A stretch of DNA of 64,000 nt from Azolla caroliniana (taxonomy: Eukaryota; Plantae; Polypodiophyta), in the NCBI GenBank assembly GCA_043228905.1, contig JBHGNT010000008.1, forward strand, positions 11,966,001 through 12,030,000. Reading direction: 5' to 3'. Under the pieces are notes generated by a model. The model was not told where the DNA came from, did no database searches, and saw nothing but the letters and a program-made list of their open reading frames with translations. Shown in pieces: positions 49,863-62,300 of the stretch. Numbering within the stretch: the first letter of the stretch is position 1; the number at the start of each line of letters is the position of its first letter. Both the position numbers and the translations under genes were made by a program.

Positions 49863-52800
49863 TGTTGTCGCAGATATCCACAGCTTGTAGGTCGGCTTGG
49901 GCAGGACTACCAAGGTCTCAAACCAGGGAGGACGAGGATGACAATTGAGCCTGAGTTTGGGTCGTGGATCTTCAACATTGGATGTAGTCTTCAACCTATA
50001 GACGGCAATTCCTCGGCTTGCAACGACGTGTGCGGATTGAGGCTATTATGAGTCTAGCCTCCGAACAATGAGCACACAGGCTCGTGGTTGTTCAACAATG
50101 AACACACCGAGTGTTTGCGACCATGAGGAAAAGAGAGATAGCGAGAGACAATGACAACAACAGACGACACAAGCCCCAAAACAAATACTAGTAAATCTGA
50201 TTGAATGACGGGTAAAGTAGATACAAACGGCTCAAAGCTGGCAAACAAGATTGACGCTACAAACACGCGATTGTGAGCCTCTAGTGGGGAGCAGACGGGC
50301 TCGCTACTGTGAGCGAAGGCCTCACACAGATGTCGCCGAAGTGAATAGAACATAATAGAAAACCCTTGAACCTTCCTTCTCTTTGAATCCCCAATACGAC
50401 ATGCCCGTTTGAATAGATGCCTTCCCTTCCTTTTATAGCTTTCAAGGAGAGGGAGGGTCGACATCACATCTAACTGTTCTGACAACTGTTTTCTTGTCTG
50501 AGATCTTCCCCTAAATTTGCTTGTGTAGGATCTATGTATCGATGGAGTTAGCTCCTCGATGTCGTTTGCGGAGTTCGGACTGGCGTATACCCTTTTGATG
50601 GAGAATCGGGCGGAGATGGTTGTCGGGCACCTCCGAGCCTCACACTCACTTAACGATTAATAGATGATTAAGCACGATATCTCTCTCACTCTCTCAAGCT
50701 TGCTCTCATAAACAATAGGGTAATGAGTATAGACAATAAGAGTAATGAATATGTTTATTAACCCTCTTTGTTAAGAGGTCTAGCACCAACAAGGAAGAGA
50801 GATTAGTGTTCTCTAACTAAACACTTCACTAATCTCTCTTAAGCTTAAAGGTTACAAGAGGGAGGAGAGGAAGCTCTAGCTCTTAATCAATAGGGAGATC
50901 TTTACAAATGGAAGAACCCTTACAAAGCCAGTACCATGTGGTTTATATAGCCTTTACATTTAGGGTATGGACCTTTCACACTTCGATGTCCTTTAGCCCT
51001 CTTTCCTCTTGTCATTCCCTTTTCGTAGGTCCTTTTAGCCATACTATGTCCTTGTTGATGCGCTCTTCTTCACGACTGGTCGTGGTGCTATCCAAGGGCT
51101 TAACATCCCCCCCAACCTAATGAGTGCACACTCCCGGGTGCATTGTGGGAGGGAGCTTCGGGCGTCGGGGGCGAGAATGATGGAGTAGGGGGGTTCATCG
51201 AGGGCTTGGCGGCGACAAAGATGATGGCGAAGACGGTGGATGTTCAATGGCGGTAACCAGATTTCCTGCATTTGGTCGGTCGTCATGAAGTCCTTCTTGG
51301 GGCCAGTTAGCCATGTGTAGGTGTTGTGGCCGGTGAAGGGAGAGGGGGTTCTACCAAAACTGATGTAAGCGGGAAAAAAGCGCGTGTCGATCATGGTTTC
51401 AAAATCTCGTTTGTAGGTGGCGGGGAGCACGTTGACGTGGGTCCAGATGCCGACCAGTTGACGACGTGTAGGGCCTTTATTCAAATCAAAGGCAAGGCCC
51501 CACGCCGGGTGGTTGTGTTGCTTGAAGGGGCGAGATTCATAAGGGCTAGAGTCAAGAAGTATGAGCAGCAGTTGCAGAAAACGAAGATTGGCTTGAATGT
51601 AGGGGTCAGAGACGTCGAGGTACGTACGTAGAAATCATTGCATGACCCGGATCATTCCAGCTTCTGTCAAGGATGTGTGCGGAGGATCTTCGAGTTGAGG
51701 TGGGGTTGGCGGCCACCCAAGTAGACATCTTATCTTAGTAAAGTGTGGGTAAAGGAAGATGTCGACTTGGGGTTCAAAGGCGACTTCAGGGTAATAGGTG
51801 TAGAGGTGGGTGAGGAGTAGGGGAGTCTCGCAGAAATCAAACTCCCAAGGGACGAGTGCGGCAGATTGGTTATCAAGGTGGGTGTCCCAACCTGTACCGT
51901 GTTCGATGTAATCGAGAGCTGCTTGGAGGCCGTGGGAGGTGGTGGGGGTGGTGGGGGAGGGCTTGGAGGCGGGGATGAGGTAGGGTTAGGGCGTGGAGGT
52001 GGTTGGTTGTCGGGATCATCAGGTGAGTCGTGGTCCCACTCCAGGTTGACCTCTGGCGGGGAGTGAGGGGGGTGTGGGGGTAGGAGTGCGCGGGCATGAG
52101 CCTCGTCAAAAGTCATGAGTTGATACTCACAAGAGACGTCGAGGTATAGGGCTAACTCCTATATGTAGTCAGCCTCGAGGTCGGTGGGACAATTGAATGT
52201 GGCACATTCGATGCTGAATATGTGAGTACGAAACCCGATGTCCCAAGCGGTTTGCCAAGCGCGTATTAGCCATAGGAAACCAAAAGGGGGTACGTAGGTC
52301 GTAGCACTCTCCAGTAGGGTGAGAGTGAGAGTGTCAACGATGCGGTGTAAGTGCACCGGCGTGGTGAAGAGTTGGGCCAACTGGTCTTCGGTGACTTGCA
52401 TCGTGACATCAGAAGGGTAGGCGAAACATACCAGATCGGTGATGTCTAAGTCTAGGGCGATGGAGGTGTGGAGGTAGGCCATGCCTTTGAGAAAAAAAAT
52501 AGGGAGATGTTGGGGGAAGAGGTCACCTGCTGGAGGTGAGGGCTGCTCGGTGGCTTCCTACTACAGGATGAAGAGGGCGAGGGTGTGGTTGTCTTAGGGA
52601 AGTATGCAGATGAATGTCTGCCGATCGGGGGGGATGGTCTCGTCGAAGAACACACAATGTGTAGCGGCCAACAACTAAAGTACGCACGTGTCTTGGGCTA
52701 GAAGGTTACGTGGGGTACGTGGTGCGGTGAAGAGTTCGGAGAGCAGGGATGTCAAGGTTACATACACCAAGAGTGCTTGAATCATATTCGGAGTGTCGGG

Positions 52801-53930
52801 CGGAGTAAGGAGAGGTGCTTGAACGGTGGAGGGGCCAGTCGTGCCTGGGTTGAGGGCGTGCTCGAGGGCGGCTTTGGTCGTGCAGAGTTGGGTGATGTCC
52901 TTCTCGAGTTCGGCGCACTAGCGGCGGTGTTTGATGAGGAGGCATCTGTTCCGTTCATTGGCGACCTCCACTTGTTGGACCATAGCGTCATGTTCAGCTT
53001 TGAAGGTTGCGATCTCACTCATGAGTCTGTGAGTTGTGGTAGTGGTGTTGGCTAGAGCCTCGGACCGTGCGGAGAGGTCAGCTGTTATTGTTGCGAGGTG
53101 GGACTCCGTCTGTTGGTGTTGGGTGGTGACTCGTGAGACGTACGTACTTGGTAGAGAGTTCAACGTGTGTTTGCATCGCGCGTTCTTGGTCGTGGTGCCA
53201 CGTCGTCCAGGCTTAGTGGAACTCGTCGACGAGTTGTTGGTTTCGGGTTCGCTCAGCAAGTAGTTCTTTCTTGACGAGGTCGTGGGCGGAGGCTTGGCAT
53301 GCATTGCTATGGTGGGCATTCCTCACTTCGGCTGCCAATACCTCATTCTGTGTAGAGGTCTCTTGCTAGTCGGTGGCGGTCTATTGGGCGTGCGTGTGGA
53401 CTTGGAGTAGGCGATGATTCACGACAGAAGTCATCTTGAGGATGTCGGCCACCATTTCGGCTAAGGGTTTGCGGGGGGTGCCGGGAGTTGGGTTAGGGCG
53501 GGCGGTTGCGGCAATGGATGGGGTAGAGCAGGGAACGGAGGCCGGGAGGGGTGGTGGTTGGGTTGTCATCTGGGTGGGAGCAAGGGTGGGTTGAGGGGTG
53601 ACGACCGGGCTTGAGGACGATGGTGGGTTGGGGTTCTCGGGAGGAAGGAGGGGGTTTTTGGTTTCAAGGGCGTTGTGACAGGAGAGCTTACGGGGTCAAG
53701 GTTGCGGCGTGTCGTCGGTGGTCAAGGAAGGTGGTGGCTAGGTGTTTGTGCCAGGGGAGGAAGGTGGGGATTCTCGGGGAAGAGAGGTCGACGAGGTTGG
53801 GAGGGGTGGGGTCGTTGGGTTCCGTAAGTCACGAAGGATTGATTCAGTGGTGCAGTTGCGGTGTCGTGAAGATTTTCGGCAACAGTGTGAAAATCGTGTG
53901 GAACAAACAAAATCGAGAAAGTGTAATGTG
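49863..53930 (-). mobile_element. LTR retrotransposon 3' part: GC-rich region with decayed unknown ORF(s), PPT and LTR-like sequence (49863-51105, possibly two abutting LTRs)
   Basis: rc of 51106-51113 = [11 protein letters not shown] followed by TGTTAAG; minus-strand TATA-like motifs at ~50943 and ~50433; minus-strand coiled-coil and Pro-rich ORF fragments 53569-51106. Confidence 0.6.
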
Positions 53931-53942
53931 CACTCAAACATT

Positions 53943-54400
53943 TGTAAATAAAATAAGACTAAAACCTAGTAACCTTTGAGTCCATACAAAGGGGTGGAAG
54001 CAAGGCTTGAACCTTGCACCTCAATGATAAGAGACGAATTAACTTACCACTAAAGCCACTACTAAGTCCTTTAGATTTTGTATCTATTTTCTTTTCATGT
54101 TCAATATTTTGCAGGAAGTAAACATATAAAAAACGTGGGCACAAAACCATCGTTTTAGCCCTTGGTTTTAGCCCATGGTTTTAGCCCATGGTTTTAGCCC
54201 GTGGTTTTAGCCCATGGTTTCAGCCCATGGTTTCAGCCTGTGGGTTTAGCCCATGGTTTTTGCATGGAGAGACCTATAAAAGCCTATAGTGGGGCTTGTG
54301 TAAGGGGCAAGTGATGTAAGTAAAAAACAAACGTTTAATCAAAGATTTGAGTTATCCTAATGGTGATGTATCTTGTTTCGTAAAACTAAAGTTAAGGGTT

Positions 54401-54438
<38 letters not shown>

Positions 54439-55591
54439 ATCTATCTATCTATCTTCAATACTTTCTCGCTTACGTTGCTAAAAACATCGAATCCTTTCGG
54501 TCCAGGACCCCGGTGGTCCCGCTTCATTTCATGAACACGCGAGGATTTCCTTGACATCTTACTTGGTGAACCCGACGTGAACGAGGCGGTAGGGAGGATC
54601 TCAAGTACAACGATGGCTTCGACAAGCGGAACTCAAGGAGGGGAATTAACAAAAGGCATGGTGTTCGTAGTGGAATACATGCTGAAGGTGAGAGATCGAG
54701 AAGCTTTAATCGACAAAGCTATTGATCATACAATCAAGATAGCTGGACGATTTGGTGGCAAGAACATCACAGATTTCCTTGCTACCTATCAGAATGAGAT
54801 GCAATAGAGGGATGTCAACTATCTCAAACAAATTTCTATCTTCAAACTTGTGGTGGAACCAGAGATCCACGAGCGTGTCATGGAGATCCAAAACAAGCAC
54901 ACAACTTGGGTGGAGTTCAAAAAGGCGCTTCTCGCTGAATACATGCTTGAAGACGCGTCACGAATGACTCAACATACGCTAATGACGTGGATCGAGAAGA
55001 AAGGGAAGAATACGTGTGCGTCTGGAGTATATGCCGAATTCAACTAGAAGTACAACCGACTTTCAAGTTTTGATCGACGAGTTCTCGATGGAGATAAAGT
55101 CCTACTATTCCTAAAGGTAGTGGATGCGAAAGATCGGTGAGAATTGGGAAACCTTTTGGAGGACGAAACACAACCAAATGGTTTGGTAGCGGATTGGGTG
55201 GCGGTGAAGAAGGCTTGTAGCCGTCTTGATAAGCGTCGACAATGGCAAGAGGAAACTGATATGGAGAATCCACAATCGTGGAGGAGGAAGGTGCCTATGA
55301 CAATCGAGCCTAGCAAGCCAATCAACAATTTTGACAAGAAAGTGATGGAAGAATCCATAATCGAAGAAGTTTGAAGCGGTATTGTTGGCCAACTTAGGTC
55401 GACGCGGGCACAAGGGAAAAGAAGCGTATAGATGTGTGTGGTGTGACAGCTTCGAGCACTCGCGAAGGGAGTGCACGGACTTCCAAGACGCGATTCGCAA
55501 GAACGTCATCTATTTGGACGGTAACATGATTCATTCGAGCGAGACCCGGAAGCCACTATGAGTGAACTTCGGAAGAGGCGGGCTGAAAAAG
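53943..55591 (+). mobile_element. Ty3/gypsy 5' fragment: LTR 53943-54556, tRNA-Trp PBS, gag remnant
   Basis: PBS TGGTGAACCCGACGTGAA (54564-54581) complementary to 3' end of plant tRNA-Trp; gag GRFGGKNITDFL; knuckle CVWCDSFEHSRREC ~55434; 13-bp tandem array TGGTTTTAGCCCA 54152-54260. Confidence 0.85.
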
Positions 55592-58474
55592 TGTTACCCC
55601 GTACGAGATGTACGGAGAGTCAGTGTGATGAGCGAGGGTCGAATGTTATCATGATGTTGTTGTGTATGTGTAGGGGACATAAATGTAATTGTGAGTCTAT
55701 ACGTATGTGAACACATGCACACGTGTGTGCATGTGGATGGATACGAGGAGGTGTGAGTGAGTGTCCAGTATGAATGCTCGAGGGGGCTTACACCCCTATG
55801 TATCTACCCCCTCTTGTACTATTTAACCCCCTATGGGGAATGAATGAAACATGAATAACCATTTCTCTCTCTCTCAATCTCTCTCTTGTCATCTCTCTCT
55901 TCTATCTCCCCTTACGTTGAACCCCCTTGGGAGGGGGGTGGAGCCATTCTAGGCACCACCCCCCACCCCGCAATGCTTCTCAATGCACATCATGCTATCA
56001 CCCACAATGATTCTTATCGCCATCACCATTTCCATCTTCATCACTATCAATGTCATAATCAATCTCTCAATGCTTATCACCAATCATCATAAATGTTAAC
56101 CCTAAAACTGACAACACTATTATGGCGACCACTAAGGAGACCCCCCTTTGGAGACGGAGTCGAAGAATGATACGCGGATGTGCAAGCCATAACGACTAAG
56201 TGCAAGAAATGGCGAAACGCAAAAATGACGGTGAAGATGTTGGAGGAAGTCTGGAGGAATGCATGAATGGCAACAATGTTTGTGCGAGGTTGCGATTAGT
56301 GTCCATTTGCGTGTTTCCGAAAGCGGTAGCGACAATGTGCGTGTTCTCAAAAGCGTGGTGCAAGATGCACGGCTGGACAAACAACAACACAGAGGGAACC
56401 GGTGCCAACACAACCGAAAAGAAAAGCCCACCAGGAGACTGCGGAGAAAGTCGCAGTGTGTGGAGCGGAGACCGGCACGATGTGCTGAGAATGCACGGGC
56501 AATGGTTCCAGAAGAAGAAACGCGCAGAGAGTCGGAACCGAAATCAGAACCAGAACCCGAGTCGATTAACACCGAAGGGTCAAAGAAGACGGAGATGGAG
56601 ATGCAGACGCAAACCAGACATCAACCAACAACGCTGGAAAGATACGGACGGATGCACTAGACAAAGGTGACCAAAAAGACACAATACACAGTAGGATGGG
56701 ACAAATGGGCCCAACAGGCGACCACACAAACGGACGGACCGGACACGTGACCAAAAGACATCGGGGCCGACAAGGCCGGCGAGCCAGACATTTGGAGATG
56801 GACCGGACAGACATGGCCAGCCGAGCCAGACAATGGAAAGAGCGGCCAGAAGAGCCGGATACCGGTCGAAATAGTTGGACAGTGGCTGGAGCAGCCAGAC
56901 AAGGCTGGGGAAGCAGACAGGCCCCCGGGACGACGGACCGGACGCACACGCACGAGCGGAAGACGACGGATGGTGCCGGATGATGACGGAACCGACAGGA
57001 CAACGACAATGACAGCCGGAATACGATGACGACGCCGAATGGCGGCAGAATGTTCATTGAGAATGACGACGAAAAAAGAAGAAGCTATGAACAGCAGCGA
57101 AAGAGAAGTCGGTGGGGCCGGATAGGAGCGGAAGAGTGGTTGACAGCACCCAGAAGGGCGACACCGATACCAGAAAAAGCCGGCCGGAGTGCGATCGAAG
57201 AGCAGTCAGAGTGACCGAACTGCACCGAAACGAAGGCGGGAGGACATGACGACACCGGACAATGACAAACATGGAGACGATCCGAACGGGCCGGATCGAT
57301 GCCCAGAACAGCAACAACGACAGAGAGTGACGAGAGGCCGGAAAAGCGCCGACCGGAGAGCGGTCAAAGTGGTTGAACGATGCCAGAACGGAGACCACGA
57401 CGGCAATGGTGCCGGAGACAGAGATGGAGTGGCAGGAGGAACTGAAATGGTCGGAGTGGCCAAACAACCAGTGGCTGAGCAGAGAGACAGAGACCATGGA
57501 CAAAGCCGACAACCACCGAAGGCGGAATTAGAAAAGAAAGAAGAAGAAAATCAGAAAATAAGAGGAGAAATAGAGCAGAAGGAAGAAAAAAAGAATGAAG
57601 GAGAAGAAAGGACAGGGTAGCACAAACAGAGAAGAAGGAAAAGAAAGACAAGAATAGGAGAAGAAGCAACGGTTAACACCACGAAGGAGGAAGAAGATGC
57701 AGACAACACGAGGGAGAAAACGTAAGAAGCAAACAGAAAAAATAAATGAGAGGGAAAAAGAGAAGAAAGGGGCATGCGAAGAAATTTTAAAGTGTTGAGG
57801 GTAGCAGCCTAAAATTTCAGAAACTTGGGGGTACTGAATGAAATTTTCAAAGTTTGAGGGTACATATCAAAATTTTAAAAAAACAATAGGGCACCACCAA
57901 AATTTTGAAAATCCCCAAGACTACTCACACACACTCAAAACAAAGGAATAACATACATATACACGACATGATTTTAGACCCATGAAAAAGTTCGTAAGCC
58001 GACAGAATGAGATTGTTCGTGTCGCGGAAAGATTTGCTGACCGACAAAGATGTTCGAGTCAAGCACTCCGATCGAGGGAGTCGATCGTTAAAAGGACTGA
58101 TGGAAGTTCCGGTCGAAGAGATATCATCATCAAGGCATGTGGGATCGACGTGCAAGGCACTTTCCCACGGGCGTGCCATATTGTGTTACCCCGTACAAGC
58201 TGTACGGAGAGTCAAGTGTGATGAGCGAGGGTCGAATAGTATCATGATGATGTTGTATATGTGTAGGGAACATAAATGTAATTGTGAGTCGATATGTATG
58301 TGAACACATGCACACGTGGGTGCATGTGGAGGGATACGATGAGGTGTGAGTGAGTGTCCAATATGAATGCTCTAGGGGGCTTTCACCCCTTTGTATCTAC
58401 CCCCTCTTGTACTATTTAACCCCCTCGTGGGGAATGAATGAAAGATGAATGAACATTTCTCTCTATCTCTCTTT

Positions 58475-58519
<45 letters not shown>

Positions 58520-59350
58520 CCTCAACGTTGAACCCCCTTGGGAGGGGGGTGGAGCCATTCTAGGCACCACCCCCCACCCCACAATGCTTCTCTATATGAT
58601 CTCTCTCACCATCATACTCTCCATCACCATGTCTATCTTCATTACCAATCATCACAGTTATCATTCATCATCATCATCGTCCTTAACCCTAACCCTAAAA
58701 CAATAACACCTTATAGCGAGGGTCGAATGTTATCATGATGTTGTTGTGTATGTGTAGGGGACATAAATGTAATTGTGAGTCTATACGTATGTGAACACAT
58801 GCACACGTGTGTGCATGTGGATGGATACGAGGAGGTGTGAGTGAGTGTCCAGTATGAATGCTCGAGGGGGCTTACACCCCTATGTATCTACCCCCTCTTG
58901 TACTATTTAACCCCCTATGGGGAATGAATGAAATATGAATAATCATTTCTCTCTATCTATCTCTCTTTTCATCTCTCTCTCTCTCTCTCTCCCCCTTAAC
59001 GTTGAACCCCTTGGGAGGGGGGTGGAGCCATTCTAGGCACCACCCCCCACCCCACAATGCTTCTCAATGCACATGATCTCTCTCGCCATCAATCCCATAC
59101 TCTCCATCATCATCATAACCACCATGTCTATCTTTATCATGATTATCATTGTCATTAACCCTAACCCTAAAAACGTATAACACCTTTTGGCGACCACAAC
59201 GGCGGACCCCCTTTGATGAAGAAGTCCAAGAAGAGAACGTGGCAGCATGATGTGCGAGAAATGACAGAAACATGCAAATGACGGCGACGATGTTCAATGT
59301 ATGTGCAAGCGAAGAAATGGAAACGATGACGTTTGTGTACGAGTGCAAGA
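55592..59350 (+). mobile_element. Non-autonomous LTR element related to 4926-8268, in tandem arrangement (LTR1 55592-56116, LTR2 58184-58708, partial LTR3 58717-59182)
   Basis: TGTTACCCCGTAC...AACA direct repeats; PBS TGGCGACCAC at 56123 and 59188; non-coding repetitive interior; truncated by gypsy LTR at 59351. Confidence 0.88.
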
Positions 59351-62300
59351 TGTTACCGGCCGGCAAGGAGTCCAAAATACGGAATTAATTAGATGGTTGT
59401 AAATGAGCATAGTGTGGACAGACGGACTGGAAACGGTATGCCGTTCCAGATCCGGACGGATCCCGAATAGGTGCGAGAGACACCGTTTTGTAATACGGGC
59501 CGGAAACCTATTTAAAGGCCCGGACCCAATTGTAATGACAGCGGATAATTAATAGAGATTATGATGTTTATACTTCTGTCTTGATTTCCGTTCTGTAATC
59601 ATTGTTATATCTTACGCGTGTAATTAACCTAAGCAATCTAATCGTGTAAACTACGTAAGTCGGTGTAATCGTTGGATCTTAATCCTATGCCGTAATCACC
59701 CTTTGGTGAAGTGTCTCCGTGACACCTTGTGTTAGGCCTTGTCCGGCTAAGCGAATAACACAGTTTTGGCGACCACGATTCCTGCTTTCTCGCAGCGAAC
59801 GACGGTAATGGATGACTAGACCAACGCACGACTTGGTTACAGACCGAGCTCGACGCCTCGCCGAACGGCAAAGACGGCGTGAGACCTTCCAGCAAGCAGC
59901 GCAGGAGATTCGCTCGGATCGTTCGTTCTCCAACGAGATCCGGAGAGTCGCGGAGGAATCCCTCCGGTTACGGCAAACTCGCGACCAGGACGACGGAAGC
60001 AGTCTAAGTAGTCTCCGGGAAACCGAACGACTCCTGGAGGCGCTGGCAAGCGGAGAAAACGAGGCAGAAGCCTTTTCAGCCTACGAATCGGATTCCGAAG
60101 GGGGATACAGCGTGCACACGAACTACCGGAGCAGCAACGATACCCCCGGCGGCCCGGAAGACGACGGGTCGGATAACGTGCCGACTCCAGAACCGGAACC
60201 GCTCAACCAGGGCTATCCGGAACCGCAAACGGAAGCCGTCAACCCACCAACACCGGAAGTGGAACAAGCAAAGCCACCAACACCAACGAAAGGGCCGGCA
60301 AAGGAACCGGAAGTGGAACCGGAGAAAGAACCGGAAAAATATCAACAAACGCCACTAAACCGCGGCTTAATACTGGACGACGACATGCCGTTCCAATACT
60401 CAAAGTACCGCGATGATCCGGATGCGGAAGCACATGTGGATGACTTCGAGCAGACATGGGAAGCAAATCACACGTCCCAGCGAATGACACCGGAGGAAGA
60501 AGAACGCTCAAAGATAGCGGAATTCGGAGTCACGTTGGAGGGACCAGCGACACGATGGCGGCGGTCGCAGGACCCGGCGACCATCACAACATTTGCAGAA
60601 TTAAAAGCAAAATTCTTGCATTTTTTCCACAAGGAGGTCGACCAGACGACAATGGTGGGGCTGTTTTATACGATCCGGCAGGAGGCAGGGGAAAGCATTC
60701 CCCAATTCGTCATCCGTTTCCAACGAATGCATAGCCAGCTTGCCCGTGCACCCCCGGAGGAGGAATTACGGACGATATTTTTAAATGCACTCCGGGAACC
60801 GTTACGCACGGTGTGTACGGTGATCGACTTTCGAGGATGCACCATCGATCAGGTCATTGATCGGGTCAGAGAAATGGAAAAGACAAGCTCATGGCTTACG
60901 CTGGGAACACTGCAACGGGCGTTACCCACCGAGGAAGATCTCCGGTTCCGGCAGGCAATTCAATGCACAATCTGCTTGAATGCCGGACACTCGGCAGTAG
61001 AGTGCACCATGCGCACTCAGTGTGTGATTTGTCAATCCAAGAGTCATACAACGGACCGGTGCGAGTACAACCTGTTAAATCGACAAGCACCACCCGTCCG
61101 ACGGATCGAGCCAAGAAGCAGCCGAGACGAAGATGACGATCGTTGGCAAAGAGGGAACCGGTACCCACCGGCACAAGATGTCCGGTACGGAGACAGGCAA
61201 GAGAATGATGGCCGGTACGGGAATCGGCGTGATAACTACGACCGGTATGAGCGATCGGACCGTTATCGGGAGCCCAACAGGCGACACGAGCAATACGATA
61301 GAGACCATTCCCCTGGTTACCGAAGGCACCAGGAGGACTACGGCCGATGTTACGATCCACCACGGCCGGACTACCGAAATAAACATAAGAATAATAAGAA
61401 ACGAAACTTCAAGAAAGGTGGTCACCCTAGGGACCCGGAACATGGAATCCCAAGGAGCCAACCGGCACAGAACGCACCACTCGCTACGGGACCAACTCCG
61501 GCTACCAGCAATGCTGAATCCAGCAATACCCGTAAAGAGTACTGCTACTACTGCAGGCAGGAAGGCCACTACAGTAACCAGTGCCCGGTAAAGAGCTACG
61601 AGAAACGACCAGCAGTTAATATGGTGGTTCCGGAAGTGACAGATGTACAGCAAGTAACCACACGGTCGAAAGGCATGGCCAAAGAGTGGGAAACACAAGA
61701 GGCCATACGAAGGCAGGCGACGGAATGGGTGAAGGAAGCCAATGAAAAGAACGTCGCGGACGCGGAACGGCAAAAGGCAAACACCATAGGGAGTGCCGGC
61801 GGTAGCCACCCAGAAAACGAGACATGGCAAGCACTGTAAGAATGTCAGATCACGTTGCCGTTAGGAAGACTCTTGCAGCTCGTGCCGCGATTTACGGAAG
61901 GGCTAAAAATGGGCATGACAGACGGCATAGCCCCACCAGCACCAGTCCTCTTCTCGAACCCGGAAGAGGGACCGACGGTAGTGGACACTAGCAGTCCGGT
62001 GATTACAGCTATTGTCAAAGGGCACGAACTTCCCGGCACAGTAATCGATGGAGGTTCCGGGGTGAACGTAATAAGCCTCCGTACGTGTGATGCCTTGGGT
62101 ATACATGAATGGGAGCCATGCCCGTTCTGGCTACGGATGGCGGATACGAGCTCGGTACGGCCGACGGGCTTAATACGGAAATTGGAAGTCACCATAGGAG
62201 GCCACACATTTCACATCTCGGCTGTAGTGCTGCAGCTACAGGCGCAAGGCGCGTACCCACTGTTGCTGGGCAGACCATGGTTGAAAACTGCACACATCAA

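Noticed and set aside
54152-54260. CRISPR-like repeat array
   Set aside because: Head-to-tail 13-mers without unique spacers, eukaryotic LTR context, no cas genes. The same applies to 19065-19215.
56132-57775. Protein-coding genes in the many overlapping 100-160 aa ORFs
   Set aside because: ORFs on both strands in GC-rich repetitive sequence with no recognisable domain; expected from composition.
58684-58700. Interstitial telomere
   Set aside because: Only two AACCCT units; a recurring part of this family's U5 (telo-box-like), not an array.
61837-61839. Programmed stop-codon readthrough between gag and pol
   Set aside because: The homologous element at ~22280 has Gln here (WQSLQQCQI); TAA is best explained as a CAA>TAA transition.
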